In this document: in pieces, positions 9,396 to 19,589 of the stretch | Layout: each line of letters opens with the position of its first letter | Position numbering within the stretch: the first letter of the stretch is position 1 | From: Ignavibacteria bacterium | GTDB taxonomy: Bacteria > Bacteroidota > Ignavibacteria > UBA10030 > UBA6906 | Length of the DNA stretch: 51,830 nt | NCBI GenBank assembly: GCA_040290295.1 | Contig: PSMW01000004.1 | Coordinates: 86,168 to 137,997 of the forward strand | Direction: 5' to 3' | Program-made: the position numbers and the translations under genes | Notes under the pieces: model-generated | The model's input: only the letters and a program-made list of their open reading frames with translations | What the model was told of the DNA's origin: nothing | Database searches by the model: none

Positions 9396-10315
9396 TGTTC
9401 GTCTTTGCCTTGCCGACATTCACGTTTATCATCAATCCTGTAGCCGGGAAAGGAAAGGGCCGGAAACTCATACATCCCCTCGAACGGGAAATCACATTGA
9501 GGCGCTTGAATGCAGAGATTGTCCTCAGTGAGCGGCAGGGGCACGCGCAAGAGCTTGCACGGGCATCGAGCGCCGACGTCATCGTTGCTGTTGGCGGCGA
9601 TGGGACGGTCAACGAAGTTGTCAATGGCATGATCGATACAGAGAAGACGCTCGGCGTTATACCGAATGGGTCTGGCAATGATCTGGTGAAGTCTCTTGGG
9701 ATACCCGCCGATATGCGTTCAGCCCTCGATGTGCTTGTGGCATGTTACACAAGAAGAATCGATGCTGCGAGCGTGTTCTGTTCGGGCAACTCGACCGCAC
9801 GATACTTTGTTAATGGAGTGGGCATTGGGTTTGACGCGGCGGTTGCCGAACGAACGACATCGATGAAGTACTGGAGTGGTTTTCTCCTGTACCTGGTCGC
9901 TGTACTTCAAACCCTTGGTAAGTATGAGTCCCCGTGCTTCTCCATCCGCCTGGATGGCGCATCGATGGGGGGCAAAAAGTTGCTCATTGCTATCGGCAAC
10001 GGGCGTTGTGCCGGCGGCGGCTTCTACCTGACACCTGATGCCGATGTGACGGATGGAGTGCTCGATGTATGTCTCATCGATGATCTTTCAATCCCCAACA
10101 TCCTCCGTGTAATGCCAAGAGTGATGAAGGGGGCGCATCGAACATTTCCCGGCGTGCAATTTGTTCGAACCGCCTCGATCGAAGTCTCGGCATCAGCCCC
10201 TTTTGTTGTTCATGCCGATGGGGAGATTGTAGGGAAGAGTACAACGGACGTAAAAGTTCATATACTGCCAGCCATTCTGAATGTGATCGTTCATGCGAGA
10301 TTCCAAAGTGAGTAA
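9395..10315 (+). CDS. Diacylglycerol kinase family (YegS-like) lipid kinase
   Basis: INPVAG, GGDGT, GSGND, GGGF, HADGE. Confidence 0.92.
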   Translation: MFVFALPTFTFIINPVAGKGKGRKLIHPLEREITLRRLNAEIVLSERQGHAQELARASSADVIVAVGGDGTVNEVVNGMIDTEKTLGVIPNGSGNDLVKSLGIPADMRSALDVLVACYTRRIDAASVFCSGNSTARYFVNGVGIGFDAAVAERTTSMKYWSGFLLYLVAVLQTLGKYESPCFSIRLDGASMGGKKLLIAIGNGRCAGGGFYLTPDADVTDGVLDVCLIDDLSIPNILRVMPRVMKGAHRTFPGVQFVRTASIEVSASAPFVVHADGEIVGKSTTDVKVHILPAILNVIVHARFQSE

Positions 10316-10757
10316 GGGGGAAAAGCACCAACAGCGACGAGACGTGCTGAAGTGGCTTCTCGGCACTTGGAGCATCGCTGTCGCTGCACCCGGACTGAAA
10401 TCACTTCTCGAATATGTAACGCCGAGAAAACCGCAATCCACCCAAACGCTGATACAGCGTATTGCATCGACGGCTGACCTTGAACCTAACACTGCCAAGG
10501 TCTTCAAGGTGAATAAGGATCCGGTGATCGTGGTTCACACAGCGACAGGGCAATTCAAAGCATTCAATGCTCGCTGTACACATCTCGGTTGTGTTGTGCA
10601 GTTTTCACCGGACGAGACACCACCACATTTTATCTGCAATTGCCATGGAAGTGAATTCGACATCAATGGCAAGAATATCGCTGGTCCTGCATCGCGGCCT
10701 CTAACGCCATACCGGGTCATCGTGCGAGAATCGAACATCCTCGTGGCAAAAATCTGA
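10308..10757 (+). CDS. petC: Rieske 2Fe-2S subunit of a Rieske/cytochrome b complex
   Basis: Tat-like RRDVLK plus a TM helix; CTHLGC and CNCHGS boxes; GPA; start 10293 or 10308. Confidence 0.9.
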   Translation: MSKGEKHQQRRDVLKWLLGTWSIAVAAPGLKSLLEYVTPRKPQSTQTLIQRIASTADLEPNTAKVFKVNKDPVIVVHTATGQFKAFNARCTHLGCVVQFSPDETPPHFICNCHGSEFDINGKNIAGPASRPLTPYRVIVRESNILVAKI

Positions 10758-11842
10758 TGGAAGGCATACGAACGACAGTGAGGACGCCTTCGCGCTTCTT
10801 TGAGTGGTTGGATGAACGAACACGCTTCGGCACCCTCGTGCAGTATCTTTCCACCAAAACAGTCCCGAGGCACAAACACAGCTTGTGGTATTACTTCGGA
10901 GGCTTGACGCTTTTCTTTTTTATCGTGCAAATTGTTACGGGTGTGTTGCTTGCCTTGTACTACAAGCCGATACCTGAACTTGCTCACGAAAGCGTTCGAA
11001 GGATCGTCAACGAAATTCCGCACGGATGGTTGATCCGCTCCATCCACAACTGGGGGGCGAACTTGATGGTAGCGTCTCTGCTCATCCACATGTTCAGTGT
11101 TTTCTTCCTGAAAGCTTACCGAAGACCCCGCGAAGTCATGTGGCTCACCGGTGTGCTCCTTATGCTCATCGTTTTTGGATTTTGCTTCACAGGGTATTTG
11201 CTCCCTTGGGATACCACCGCATATTTTGCGACGCTTATTGGAACTGAGGTGCCGCGGACGCTACCGATAATTGGGGATTGGGGGGTGAGTTTACTAAAAG
11301 GTGAAGAGCAAGTTGGTAGTGAGACACTCTCGCGAATGTATGTGATTCACATTATCATATTGCCCTTAACTGCTTTATTTTTCATCGCCTTTCACATTCT
11401 CCTGAATCAAATTCATGGCTCGAGCAGTCCCGTCGGTGTAGATGATGTAAAACCGGCTATTCCATTCTTCCCAAATTTTGTTTTGCGAGACTTCGTCTGT
11501 TGGAGTCTCGGCGCTGCAGCCCTGCTGACAATAGCAAGCCTGAGTCCTGCAGGACTGGGCGAAATCGCCGATCCATACGCATCTGCTCCCGTCGGGATCA
11601 AGCCAGAGTGGTATTTCTTGCCGCTGTACCAAACGCTACGGATGGCGCCTGCAACCATATTCGGTATCAATGGAGAACTGATCGTCAACCTTCTCGTTGT
11701 AGCTCTCTCGACGATTTGGTTTTTAATTCCATTCTTGGATCGCAATGCATCGAAAGGCGTCCGCTCTCGATGGTTCATTGTTGCGGGCATCGCGATGATA
11801 GGCTACTTGATCGTGACTATAATCCTCGCATACACAACCTAA
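10757..11842 (+). CDS. petB: Cytochrome b (b6 and subunit IV fused)
   Basis: Four heme His (IHNW...IHM; IHII...FHI), TGYLLPW, PEWY. Confidence 0.95.
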   Translation: MEGIRTTVRTPSRFFEWLDERTRFGTLVQYLSTKTVPRHKHSLWYYFGGLTLFFFIVQIVTGVLLALYYKPIPELAHESVRRIVNEIPHGWLIRSIHNWGANLMVASLLIHMFSVFFLKAYRRPREVMWLTGVLLMLIVFGFCFTGYLLPWDTTAYFATLIGTEVPRTLPIIGDWGVSLLKGEEQVGSETLSRMYVIHIIILPLTALFFIAFHILLNQIHGSSSPVGVDDVKPAIPFFPNFVLRDFVCWSLGAAALLTIASLSPAGLGEIADPYASAPVGIKPEWYFLPLYQTLRMAPATIFGINGELIVNLLVVALSTIWFLIPFLDRNASKGVRSRWFIVAGIAMIGYLIVTIILAYTT

Positions 11843-11872
11843 TGCGTACAAACACTTTTACTTGTTTGAAAG

Positions 11873-12100
11873 ATGTTAGCACGTTTCCTCATCGAAGAAT
11901 TCGAGCGAGTTACGAATGCTCTTTCGATAATACAGACAAGTGAGGTCGCTCCAATCCAACATGCTCACTCTACCGTTTCTTTTCCCGACCTCGAGACACG
12001 CTTGTGGATTGCCGGGGCGAGTTGGATACTGTTGGGTGGGCTGGCGTTCTTGCTCAATCGATTGAGGGATCGTGTAGATCAATCAGCCGGAATTACGTAA
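11873..12100 (+). CDS. Small single-TM ORF, possibly a gene remnant
   Basis: Hydrophobic LWIAGASWILLGGLAFLL followed by basic residues; co-oriented after petB. Confidence 0.3.
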   Translation: MLARFLIEEFERVTNALSIIQTSEVAPIQHAHSTVSFPDLETRLWIAGASWILLGGLAFLLNRLRDRVDQSAGIT

Positions 12101-12306
12101 GCGACCTCGTACGATTAGCTCAGTTTAGAATACATACGAGCTACACGTTAACGGTTCGTTTCCAGCAGTCGCCATCCTTCATTCGAAGCATTGATAGCGG
12201 GGCCTGCATGGTGGTTTCATGTGAAGGTTCGTATTGGCTGCAATGTATCGCTTCAGGCATCAAGCACTACCGGCATGTATTGCTCGAATATATAAGACAT
12301 ATTATG

Positions 12307-14550
12307 TCAATTAACCATCGCTCGCGTTATTTCATCGTAAGCAAGTCTCATTTCATCAACGCTCACACAAATTGAACTGTCTATCCTGAGGGCTTCCCCA
12401 CCAACCTCACCAATTTTGCGGGCAAGAATCCCAAACGCAGATGCTTGTCTGACTATTTCGGATACGTGCTCGTTGTTCGATGTCAGCACGATCCTCGATT
12501 GATCCTCACCAAAGCACACATAGTCGTCACGTAGGCCGTTTGATGACCCGAGGCGAATCGTGGCACCAAGCCCTCCTTCGGAATGGATTGCACACTCAGC
12601 AAGTGCGACAGCGAGGCCGCCCTCAGAACAATCGTGAGCGGACTTCACAAGTCCAAGCCTAATCAGTTGTAGCATCAGCTCTTGGAGTCGCCTTTCCGCT
12701 TCTAAATCGAGTTCAGGAGGCTCGCCTGCAATGAATCCATGTATCTGTGCCAGATACTCCGTCCCTCCAACATGTCCAGCGTTTTCACCGAGCAGGATCA
12801 CTGAGTCCCCGTGTTCCTTGAAAGGCAGCGTAACGACCTGATCCAATCGGTCGATAAGCCCTAACATGCCGATGACCGGTGTCGGGAAGATCGAGGCATT
12901 GGGACCCTCGTTGTAAAAACTGACATTCCCACCAGTAACGGGTGTTTGGAGAACGTGGCACGCCTCGGCTATTCCATCCACGGCTTGCTTGAATTGCCAA
13001 TAGACATCTGGCTTATACGGATTGCCGAAGTTCAAGCAATTTGTAATTGCAATAGGCTTTGCCCCAGTGCACACGACATTGCGGGCCGCCTCTGCAACGG
13101 CGATCATAGCTCCACGTCGGGGGTGTAAGTACACATAGCGACTATTACAATCAGTCGAAAGTGCGAGGCATTTACCACTTTGTTTTACATAGACTACAGC
13201 TGCATCTGCTGAATCTAATACTACATTATTGGTCCGAACCATACTGTCGTATTGCTCATAAGCCCAACGCTTACTTGCGATCGTTGGAGAACGGAGAAGC
13301 CTCAGTAACACATCGTTCAGGTCAGACGGAACCGGCAGTGAGCTTGGATTGAACGAGCGTGTCGTCTTCAAGTAATCTGGTTCTCGTGCCTCTCGAATAT
13401 AAACCGGAGCCCCACCGCCAAGAACCAGTGACGAAGCTGGTACGTCGGCAACCACCCGTCCATGATACGACACAAGCAAGCGATCCTGCTCGATTACTTC
13501 ACCGATGATTTCAACATGCAAATCCCATTTTGAGAAAATCTTCTTGATCTGTTCTTCTTTTCCTTTCTGAACCACGATGAGCATCCGTTCCTGGGATTCT
13601 GAAAGCATCAGTTCGTAGGCGCTCATACCTTCTTCACGAGCAGGAACCTTGTTGAGATCGATACGCATGCCCGACTTGCCGCGTGCGCTCATCTCCGACG
13701 TCGAGCATGCAATGCCAGCCGCCCCCATGTCCTGAATCCCGACAAGCAAGCCCGATCTAATTGCTTCCAGCGAAGCTTCGAGGAGGAGTTTTTCGGTGAA
13801 GGGATCGCCAACTTGAACGGATGGACGACGTGTATCGGATTCCTTGGAGATCTCCTCAGAGGCGAACGTAGCACCGTGAATTCCGTCTCTTCCCGTTGCC
13901 GAACCGACGATCATCACGGGGTTGCCCACGCCGCGAGCAACCGCACTCGCCCACTCTCCATGCTTCACTATCCCAACCGCCATCGCGTTGACAAGCGGAT
14001 TGTCTTGGTAGCATGCATCAAAGTATATCTCCCCACCAACAGTCGGCACTCCGAAACTATTGCCGTAATCCCCTATCCCTTTTACTACACCTCTCACAAG
14101 ATACTTCGTTCGTTCGCTCTCGAGGCGACCGAAGCGAAGCGAATTCAGAGCAGCGATGGGTCGCGCCCCCATTGTAAAAATATCGCGGAGAATACCGCCG
14201 ACACCAGTTGCCGCACCTTGGTGCGGCTCGACTGCCGAAGGATGGTTATGACTTTCGATCTTGAACGCCACAGCAAGTCCATCGCCGATATCGACCAGTC
14301 CGGCATTCTCTTCGCCCGCAGCAACAAGCAATCGACCTCCGCTACGCGGGAGTGTCTTCAACACAGCAAGAGAATTCTTGTAACTGCAGTGCTCGCTCCA
14401 CATGACGCTGTAGATGCCGAGCTCGGTATAACTCGGCGTGCGACCGAGGATGTTTACAATGCGCTGGTACTCTTCCTCGGTGAGACCGTGCGCGAGTGCA
14501 AGCTCGAGCGTGACTGGAGGATCAATATGTTCTCGTCCCATCGTCTTCAT
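12307..14550 (-). CDS. purL: Phosphoribosylformylglycinamidine synthase subunit PurL (small type)
   Basis: [43 protein letters not shown]. Confidence 0.98.
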   Translation of the reverse strand: MKTMGREHIDPPVTLELALAHGLTEEEYQRIVNILGRTPSYTELGIYSVMWSEHCSYKNSLAVLKTLPRSGGRLLVAAGEENAGLVDIGDGLAVAFKIESHNHPSAVEPHQGAATGVGGILRDIFTMGARPIAALNSLRFGRLESERTKYLVRGVVKGIGDYGNSFGVPTVGGEIYFDACYQDNPLVNAMAVGIVKHGEWASAVARGVGNPVMIVGSATGRDGIHGATFASEEISKESDTRRPSVQVGDPFTEKLLLEASLEAIRSGLLVGIQDMGAAGIACSTSEMSARGKSGMRIDLNKVPAREEGMSAYELMLSESQERMLIVVQKGKEEQIKKIFSKWDLHVEIIGEVIEQDRLLVSYHGRVVADVPASSLVLGGGAPVYIREAREPDYLKTTRSFNPSSLPVPSDLNDVLLRLLRSPTIASKRWAYEQYDSMVRTNNVVLDSADAAVVYVKQSGKCLALSTDCNSRYVYLHPRRGAMIAVAEAARNVVCTGAKPIAITNCLNFGNPYKPDVYWQFKQAVDGIAEACHVLQTPVTGGNVSFYNEGPNASIFPTPVIGMLGLIDRLDQVVTLPFKEHGDSVILLGENAGHVGGTEYLAQIHGFIAGEPPELDLEAERRLQELMLQLIRLGLVKSAHDCSEGGLAVALAECAIHSEGGLGATIRLGSSNGLRDDYVCFGEDQSRIVLTSNNEHVSEIVRQASAFGILARKIGEVGGEALRIDSSICVSVDEMRLAYDEITRAMVN

Positions 14551-15041
14551 TCCAAGCTCATAAGCAGCTCACCTTTTTCCACCGCTTGCCCCTTGTTGAC
14601 AAAGATCTCCTTTACCCTTGCTTCAGCGTGCGCCCGAAGTTCATTCTCCATTTTCATCGCTTCGAGGATCATCAAGCCTTGTCCGGGCTTGACGTCTTGC
14701 CCCACCTCGACTTCAACACGAACAACCAGTGCGGGCATAGGCGCATGGATATCCATGCGTGTATGTGCTGCATGACGCTTTCCTCCGAATTGTTTGAGCA
14801 GGCGTGCCCGTTCCGACTCGACCGAAACATCCACCCTTTTACCATCAACCAGAACGTCATACCCTTCGGCGCTTCGAGCAACAACGAGTCTTCTCGATCT
14901 TCCGTCAATCAGGATTACAAATGATCGCTCGTCGAGTTGTTCGAGTTGGTATAAGAAAGGCGACCCATCAATCGCGGCTTTGCCGTTTTGAAACGTCACG
15001 ATGTGTTCTTTGTCTCCGATAGTAATGTAGTACGAAGCCAT
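14547..15041 (-). CDS. Biotin carboxyl carrier protein with an N-terminal BT-like extension
   Basis: APMP and EAMKMEN biotinylation motif. Confidence 0.92.
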   Translation of the reverse strand: MASYYITIGDKEHIVTFQNGKAAIDGSPFLYQLEQLDERSFVILIDGRSRRLVVARSAEGYDVLVDGKRVDVSVESERARLLKQFGGKRHAAHTRMDIHAPMPALVVRVEVEVGQDVKPGQGLMILEAMKMENELRAHAEARVKEIFVNKGQAVEKGELLMSLE

Positions 15042-15044
15042 AGG

Positions 15045-16562
15045 CTATCTCATGATTTCGCTACGACGTGTTCTCCATTTGCTTGGAACCCATTCTCCTG
15101 CGCTCTGATGATTGGTCTGGGGCATTGAGTGTTGTCCCATTTTTGATTCGAGGATTGCAGTAACAAGCGCTGCCGCTTTTGCCTCGTCGGCGCTCGGCAC
15201 TTCAAGGTGCGACGGATTGAAGAAACGCTCGACGAAGTGCGTATCGAAGTCCCCTTCGAGGAACTTTGGGTGTTTGAGCACGAACAGTGTAAAGGGGATG
15301 TTCACGCGCACGCCGAGGATTTCGTATTCCCGCAGTGCACGTACCATCTTTGCAATGGCTTCACTGCGCGTAGCTCCAAACGCCACAAGCTTCGAAATCA
15401 TGGGATCATAGTACACCGAGATCTCTCCACCCTCTTCTACTCCTCGATCCTCACGAATGCCGTTGCCTTGGCTTGGCTTCAAATGCACGATCGTTCCCGT
15501 CGAAGGAAGAAAGTTGTTGAAGGGATCCTCTGCGTAGATGCGGCACTCGATCGCATGACCTCGAAAGAGAATATCCTTTTGAGAAAACGGAAGCTTCTCG
15601 CCCATGGCAATTTTCAATTGCTGGTGCACGATGTCGATTCCCGTCCGCAATTCCGTGATCGGGTGTTCCACCTGCAAGCGAGTGTTCATTTCCAAAAAAT
15701 AGAAGTGACGATCGCGATCGACCAAGCATTCGATCGTGCCTGCGTTGTGGTAGTTGGACGCCCGCGCGGCAGCAACAGCCATCGCTCCCATCCGCTCACG
15801 GAGGTCATCGTCGAGAATGACCGAGGGAGTTTCTTCGATAACCTTTTGATGCCGACGCTGGATACTGCACTCGCGCTCGCCCAAGTGGACGATATTGCCG
15901 TACGTATCAGCGAGGATCTGAAATTCGATATGTCGCGGATTCTCCAAATATTTTTCTACATAGACACGCGCGTCTCCAAATGCCGAGAGCGCTTCGGATT
16001 GTGCTGCATCAAAAGCTGACGGTAACTCGCCCGCGGAATGAACGATCCTCATCCCCTTACCGCCACCGCCAGCCGCTGCCTTGATGAGAAGCGGATACCC
16101 AAACGATTCAGCAAACTGTTGTACGTCGTGTACATCGGAGACGGCATCGGGCGTTCCCGGAACTGTGGGTACGCCAGCAGCACTGACGAGCTTGCGAGCT
16201 TCGGTCTTATCCCCCATGGCACGAATCGATGCGGGCTGCGGGCCCACGAAGATGATGCCCGCTTCCAAGACCTTCTGCGCGAACAGTGCGTTCTCCGAAA
16301 GGAAGCCGTATCCTGGATGAATCGCATCCGCAGCAGTGCTACGAGCAACGTCGATGATACGATCGATGGCGAGATAACTTTCTCGCGATGCAGCGCGACC
16401 AACGCAATAGGCTTCATCAGCCAGTTGCACATGCGGATTGCGACGGTCGGCTTCCGAAAAGATTGCGACGGCTTCAAAACCTAACTCATGACACGCTCGA
16501 ATGATGCGGACGGCAATTTCTCCGCGATTGGCTACAAGAACTTTTTTGATCTGTCGTTTCAT
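15045..16562 (-). CDS. accC: Biotin carboxylase of an acyl-CoA carboxylase
   Basis: ANRGEIA, HPGYGFLSEN, GGGGKG, RECSIQRRHQK, EMNTRLQVEH, YDPMISK. Confidence 0.95.
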   Translation of the reverse strand: MKRQIKKVLVANRGEIAVRIIRACHELGFEAVAIFSEADRRNPHVQLADEAYCVGRAASRESYLAIDRIIDVARSTAADAIHPGYGFLSENALFAQKVLEAGIIFVGPQPASIRAMGDKTEARKLVSAAGVPTVPGTPDAVSDVHDVQQFAESFGYPLLIKAAAGGGGKGMRIVHSAGELPSAFDAAQSEALSAFGDARVYVEKYLENPRHIEFQILADTYGNIVHLGERECSIQRRHQKVIEETPSVILDDDLRERMGAMAVAAARASNYHNAGTIECLVDRDRHFYFLEMNTRLQVEHPITELRTGIDIVHQQLKIAMGEKLPFSQKDILFRGHAIECRIYAEDPFNNFLPSTGTIVHLKPSQGNGIREDRGVEEGGEISVYYDPMISKLVAFGATRSEAIAKMVRALREYEILGVRVNIPFTLFVLKHPKFLEGDFDTHFVERFFNPSHLEVPSADEAKAAALVTAILESKMGQHSMPQTNHQSAGEWVPSKWRTRRSEIMR

Positions 16563-18958
16563 GTTTCTTCTCCCAACTCCACGACTGTTGTGCCGGTTCC
16601 TCCCTCATTCCAGTCACCCAGCCGATAGGATTTCACGTAGGGATGTTTTGAAAGGAAGTCGGCGATCTTTTTCCGCAACGCGCCTGTCCCTTTGCCGTGA
16701 ATAATGTCGATGCGATGAAGTCCCGTCCAAAGCGCGGTGTCGATGAACTTTTCCACCAACGGCAAAGCCTCTTCGCCCGTCATCCCGCGCAAGTCGAGGT
16801 CGCGAGCAACGCCGGATGGCAACGGCTGCGTTGCCTGAATTTGCTGCTTTCGGAGAGAGGAGCGAGGGGCAGTCTCAAGATCCGTAATTGGCACTTTCAT
16901 TTTCACACTTCCGAACAAGACGATTGCAAACTTTCTTTCTGGACTGATTTCAACGACCTCTCCCGATTCACTTCCGCCCCGTAGCCGCACGAGACTACCA
17001 CGCTCAATGTTGGTGACTGCCGGTTGGCTTTGCGCGCCTTGTTCCGACTGTTGCAAACCGTGTTTGACTTCTTGAACGATCTCCTTTACGCGCTTGATTG
17101 TTTGATGGGCAGCCGATGATTCACGTATCTCGCGTATGCTCCGTTCGATGACCGCATTAGCGTTTTCAACGATCCCTCTTGCCTCCTCGATCGCTTTTCG
17201 CTTCAGTTCCCGTAGCTCTGCTGTCTGTGCAGCGAGGCGCGATTCATACGCTTGAACAAGTCGAGCAAGGCGAGCTTTTTCGTGTTGAACCGACTCCAAC
17301 TCACTCCTATACTTTTGTGCAGCCGACTCCAAATCCGAGACGAGTTGCTGGAGTCTCACTCCCTCTTCACCCAAAAAATTACATGCACGACCAAGGAGTT
17401 TCTCATTGAAATTCATGCGTTTAGCCATTTCCAGCGCGTAACTACTTCCTGGTACTCCGGCTCTGAATCGATATGTCGGCTGAAGAGTTACCTGATCGAA
17501 TTCCATAGCTCCGTTGGAAACGCCCGCCGTATGATGAGCGAAGACTTTTAGGGAGCCATGATGTGTCGTGGCAATGGTAGGCGTCCCGCGCTGTGTTAAG
17601 GCTTCCAGCAGTGCAGAGGCAAGCGCGCTCCCTTCTGTTGGGTCCGTACCCGATCCAATCTCGTCAATCAACACCAACGTATCGGCGTCCGCTTCCGATT
17701 CGATCTCTTTCAGGTGCGCAAGATGAGAGCTGAAGGTGCTCAGGTCATTTTCGATCGACTGTTCATCTCCGATCTCTACAAAAATCTTCCTAAAAACTCT
17801 CACCATCGAGCCTTCCGCAGCTGGGATGTGCAACCCTGCCTGCGTCATCATCGTCAGCAAGCCGACGCACTTCATGGCCACACTCTTGCCTCCTGCATTG
17901 GGTCCGCTGATGACGAGCGTGTTGTATGCTCCACCCAGTTCGATATCTAATGGTACCGTTCGATTCCTTCCATGTGCCTGAATCAACAGCGGGTGCCGGG
18001 CTGCTACAAGCTTCATCGCGCCTTTTTCGACAACAGAAGGTTCTGCGCCAAGAATCTCGATAGAATATTTTGCTCTTGCTATGAGTGAGTCTAACTCAGC
18101 CAAAATCTGTAGGTTGAGTGCCAGGTCTTTACTTACATTCCTGACTTCTTTAGTTAGCTCACGTAAGATACGCTCGACTTCCTTCTGTTCTTGGAACTGG
18201 AGAGTACGAACGTCGTTGTTGAGATCGAGCGTTTCGCTTGGTTCGATGAATACTGTAGCTCCACTCGCTGATTCGCTATGAATGAAACCTCTGATTTTAT
18301 GCTTGTGCTCCGCCTTGACTGGTATGACCATTCTCCCTTCGCGGGTAGTGATGATCTGATCCTGCACAAAGCCTTGAACAGTTGCTTCCCCGAGAATTGC
18401 TTCAAGACGCTTTCGCAGTTGGTCGTACTTCTCTGCAATGGAGCGACGAATTGCCTGAAGATCCTTCGACGCAGACGTTTTGACGTTGCCCTCTTCGTCG
18501 ACGGCTTGATCGAGATTGAATTCGAGAACCCTATCAACGGAGAGCGACTCGACAATCTCACACACACTCGGGAGTTGCTCTCGCCTTTTGCGCAGAAACG
18601 TCTTGCATACGCTGGCTGCCCGCAACGTGGCAAGTATTTGAGCGAGCTCTTTGCTTGCGAGGATGGTACCCTCGATTTGGGTTTTCTTCAACGCATCGGA
18701 GATCGGGTAAACGCCTTCCAACGGTACGCTATCTTCTTCCTCAAGTAATCGCTTTAGCTCGCTGACGCGCCGAAGCTCGAGGCGAGCCTTTTCAGCCGAA
18801 GTAGAGGGTGAAAGCCTGAGAATTCTCTCCCTGCCCGGAATGGACGATGCATACTTCGCTACTGCACTGCGAACCTTGTCGAATTCTAGTTTCGCAATAA
18901 CATCGGACCAACAATCATGTTCGGTATGGTAAGCGTTCATAGCCTCCGTTTTCTTCAT
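16559..18958 (-). CDS. mutS2: MutS2 with C-terminal Smr domain
   Basis: SGPNAGGKS Walker A, STFSSH, DEIGSGTDP, Smr LDLRG...IIHGKGTG. Confidence 0.96.
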   Translation of the reverse strand: MKKTEAMNAYHTEHDCWSDVIAKLEFDKVRSAVAKYASSIPGRERILRLSPSTSAEKARLELRRVSELKRLLEEEDSVPLEGVYPISDALKKTQIEGTILASKELAQILATLRAASVCKTFLRKRREQLPSVCEIVESLSVDRVLEFNLDQAVDEEGNVKTSASKDLQAIRRSIAEKYDQLRKRLEAILGEATVQGFVQDQIITTREGRMVIPVKAEHKHKIRGFIHSESASGATVFIEPSETLDLNNDVRTLQFQEQKEVERILRELTKEVRNVSKDLALNLQILAELDSLIARAKYSIEILGAEPSVVEKGAMKLVAARHPLLIQAHGRNRTVPLDIELGGAYNTLVISGPNAGGKSVAMKCVGLLTMMTQAGLHIPAAEGSMVRVFRKIFVEIGDEQSIENDLSTFSSHLAHLKEIESEADADTLVLIDEIGSGTDPTEGSALASALLEALTQRGTPTIATTHHGSLKVFAHHTAGVSNGAMEFDQVTLQPTYRFRAGVPGSSYALEMAKRMNFNEKLLGRACNFLGEEGVRLQQLVSDLESAAQKYRSELESVQHEKARLARLVQAYESRLAAQTAELRELKRKAIEEARGIVENANAVIERSIREIRESSAAHQTIKRVKEIVQEVKHGLQQSEQGAQSQPAVTNIERGSLVRLRGGSESGEVVEISPERKFAIVLFGSVKMKVPITDLETAPRSSLRKQQIQATQPLPSGVARDLDLRGMTGEEALPLVEKFIDTALWTGLHRIDIIHGKGTGALRKKIADFLSKHPYVKSYRLGDWNEGGTGTTVVELGEET

Positions 18959-19410
18959 CCTCCCAATCGCTTCTTGACAAGCTCTTGAACGATCTTTCCG
19001 ACCGCCTTGCCTTTAAGTTGCTTCATCACTTGGGGCATGACTTTACCGAAGTCCTTCGGCCCTGATGCTCCGGTCGCCGTTATGACCTCATCGATCATCC
19101 TTTGTATCTCCTCTTCAGACATTTGCTTTGGGAGATACTCCTGAATGATTGCCAACTCAGCAGTTTCCTGCTCGACAAGGTCATTGCGACCGCCCGCTTT
19201 GAATTGCTCGATGGACTCCCTTCGTTTCTTCGCCGCGGTAACGAGTGTGGCGATTTCATCGTCCTCGGTCATCGGTTTTCCGAACCCGCGGAGTTCGATT
19301 TCCTTTTCGGTGAGGACTGCTCGAAGCGTTCGCAGCGTTTCAAGGCGAAGCTTATGGCCGGCTTTCATTGCTGCTTTAAGGTCTTCGGCGACCTTTTCTC
19401 TCAATGTCAT
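18955..19410 (-). CDS. yqeY: GatB/YqeY domain protein
   Basis: DLKAAMKA, KKRRESIEQF, YLPKQMS, KDFGKVM; GGAG RBS before ATG 19410. Confidence 0.93.
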   Translation of the reverse strand: MTLREKVAEDLKAAMKAGHKLRLETLRTLRAVLTEKEIELRGFGKPMTEDDEIATLVTAAKKRRESIEQFKAGGRNDLVEQETAELAIIQEYLPKQMSEEEIQRMIDEVITATGASGPKDFGKVMPQVMKQLKGKAVGKIVQELVKKRLGG

Positions 19411-19424
19411 GTGGTCTCCACAGG

Positions 19425-19465
19425 AAAATGAAAAAGGCAGGAACATCCGCTCATGCCCCTGCCTT
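19425..19465 (-). terminator. Strong intrinsic terminator inside the yqeY leader
   Basis: AAGGCAGGGGCAU-GAGCGG-AUGUUCCUGCCUU 13-bp stem (two G-U pairs form only on the minus strand), then UUUCAUUUU. Confidence 0.8.
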
Positions 19466-19522
19466 CGAAGAATGATCGAGGTACCGTAGAATGTTCGTAT
19501 GCACGTAGATGATGGGTGAACG
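19466..19522 (-). repeat. Three imperfect repeats with a 19-nt period
   Basis: CCATCATCTACG, CGAACATTCTACG and CGATCATTCTTCG, ending at 19504, 19485 and 19466. Confidence 0.5.
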
Positions 19523-19538
19523 TTCTTTGCACGCAAAA

Positions 19539-19567
19539 AAATTAGATGATTTGATGTTGAAATGCAA
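19539..19567 (-). promoter_or_regulatory. Putative sigma70 promoter for the yqeY leader
   Basis: TTGCAT-N17-TAATTT. Confidence 0.6.
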
Positions 19568-19589
19568 ACCGCCACCTGCACCAACTCGA

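Noticed and set aside
19425-19567. Type III toxin-antitoxin or mini-CRISPR reading of the promoter-repeat-terminator layout
   Set aside because: The repeats are short and degenerate, the downstream gene is yqeY rather than a ToxN-like nuclease, and no cas genes are present.
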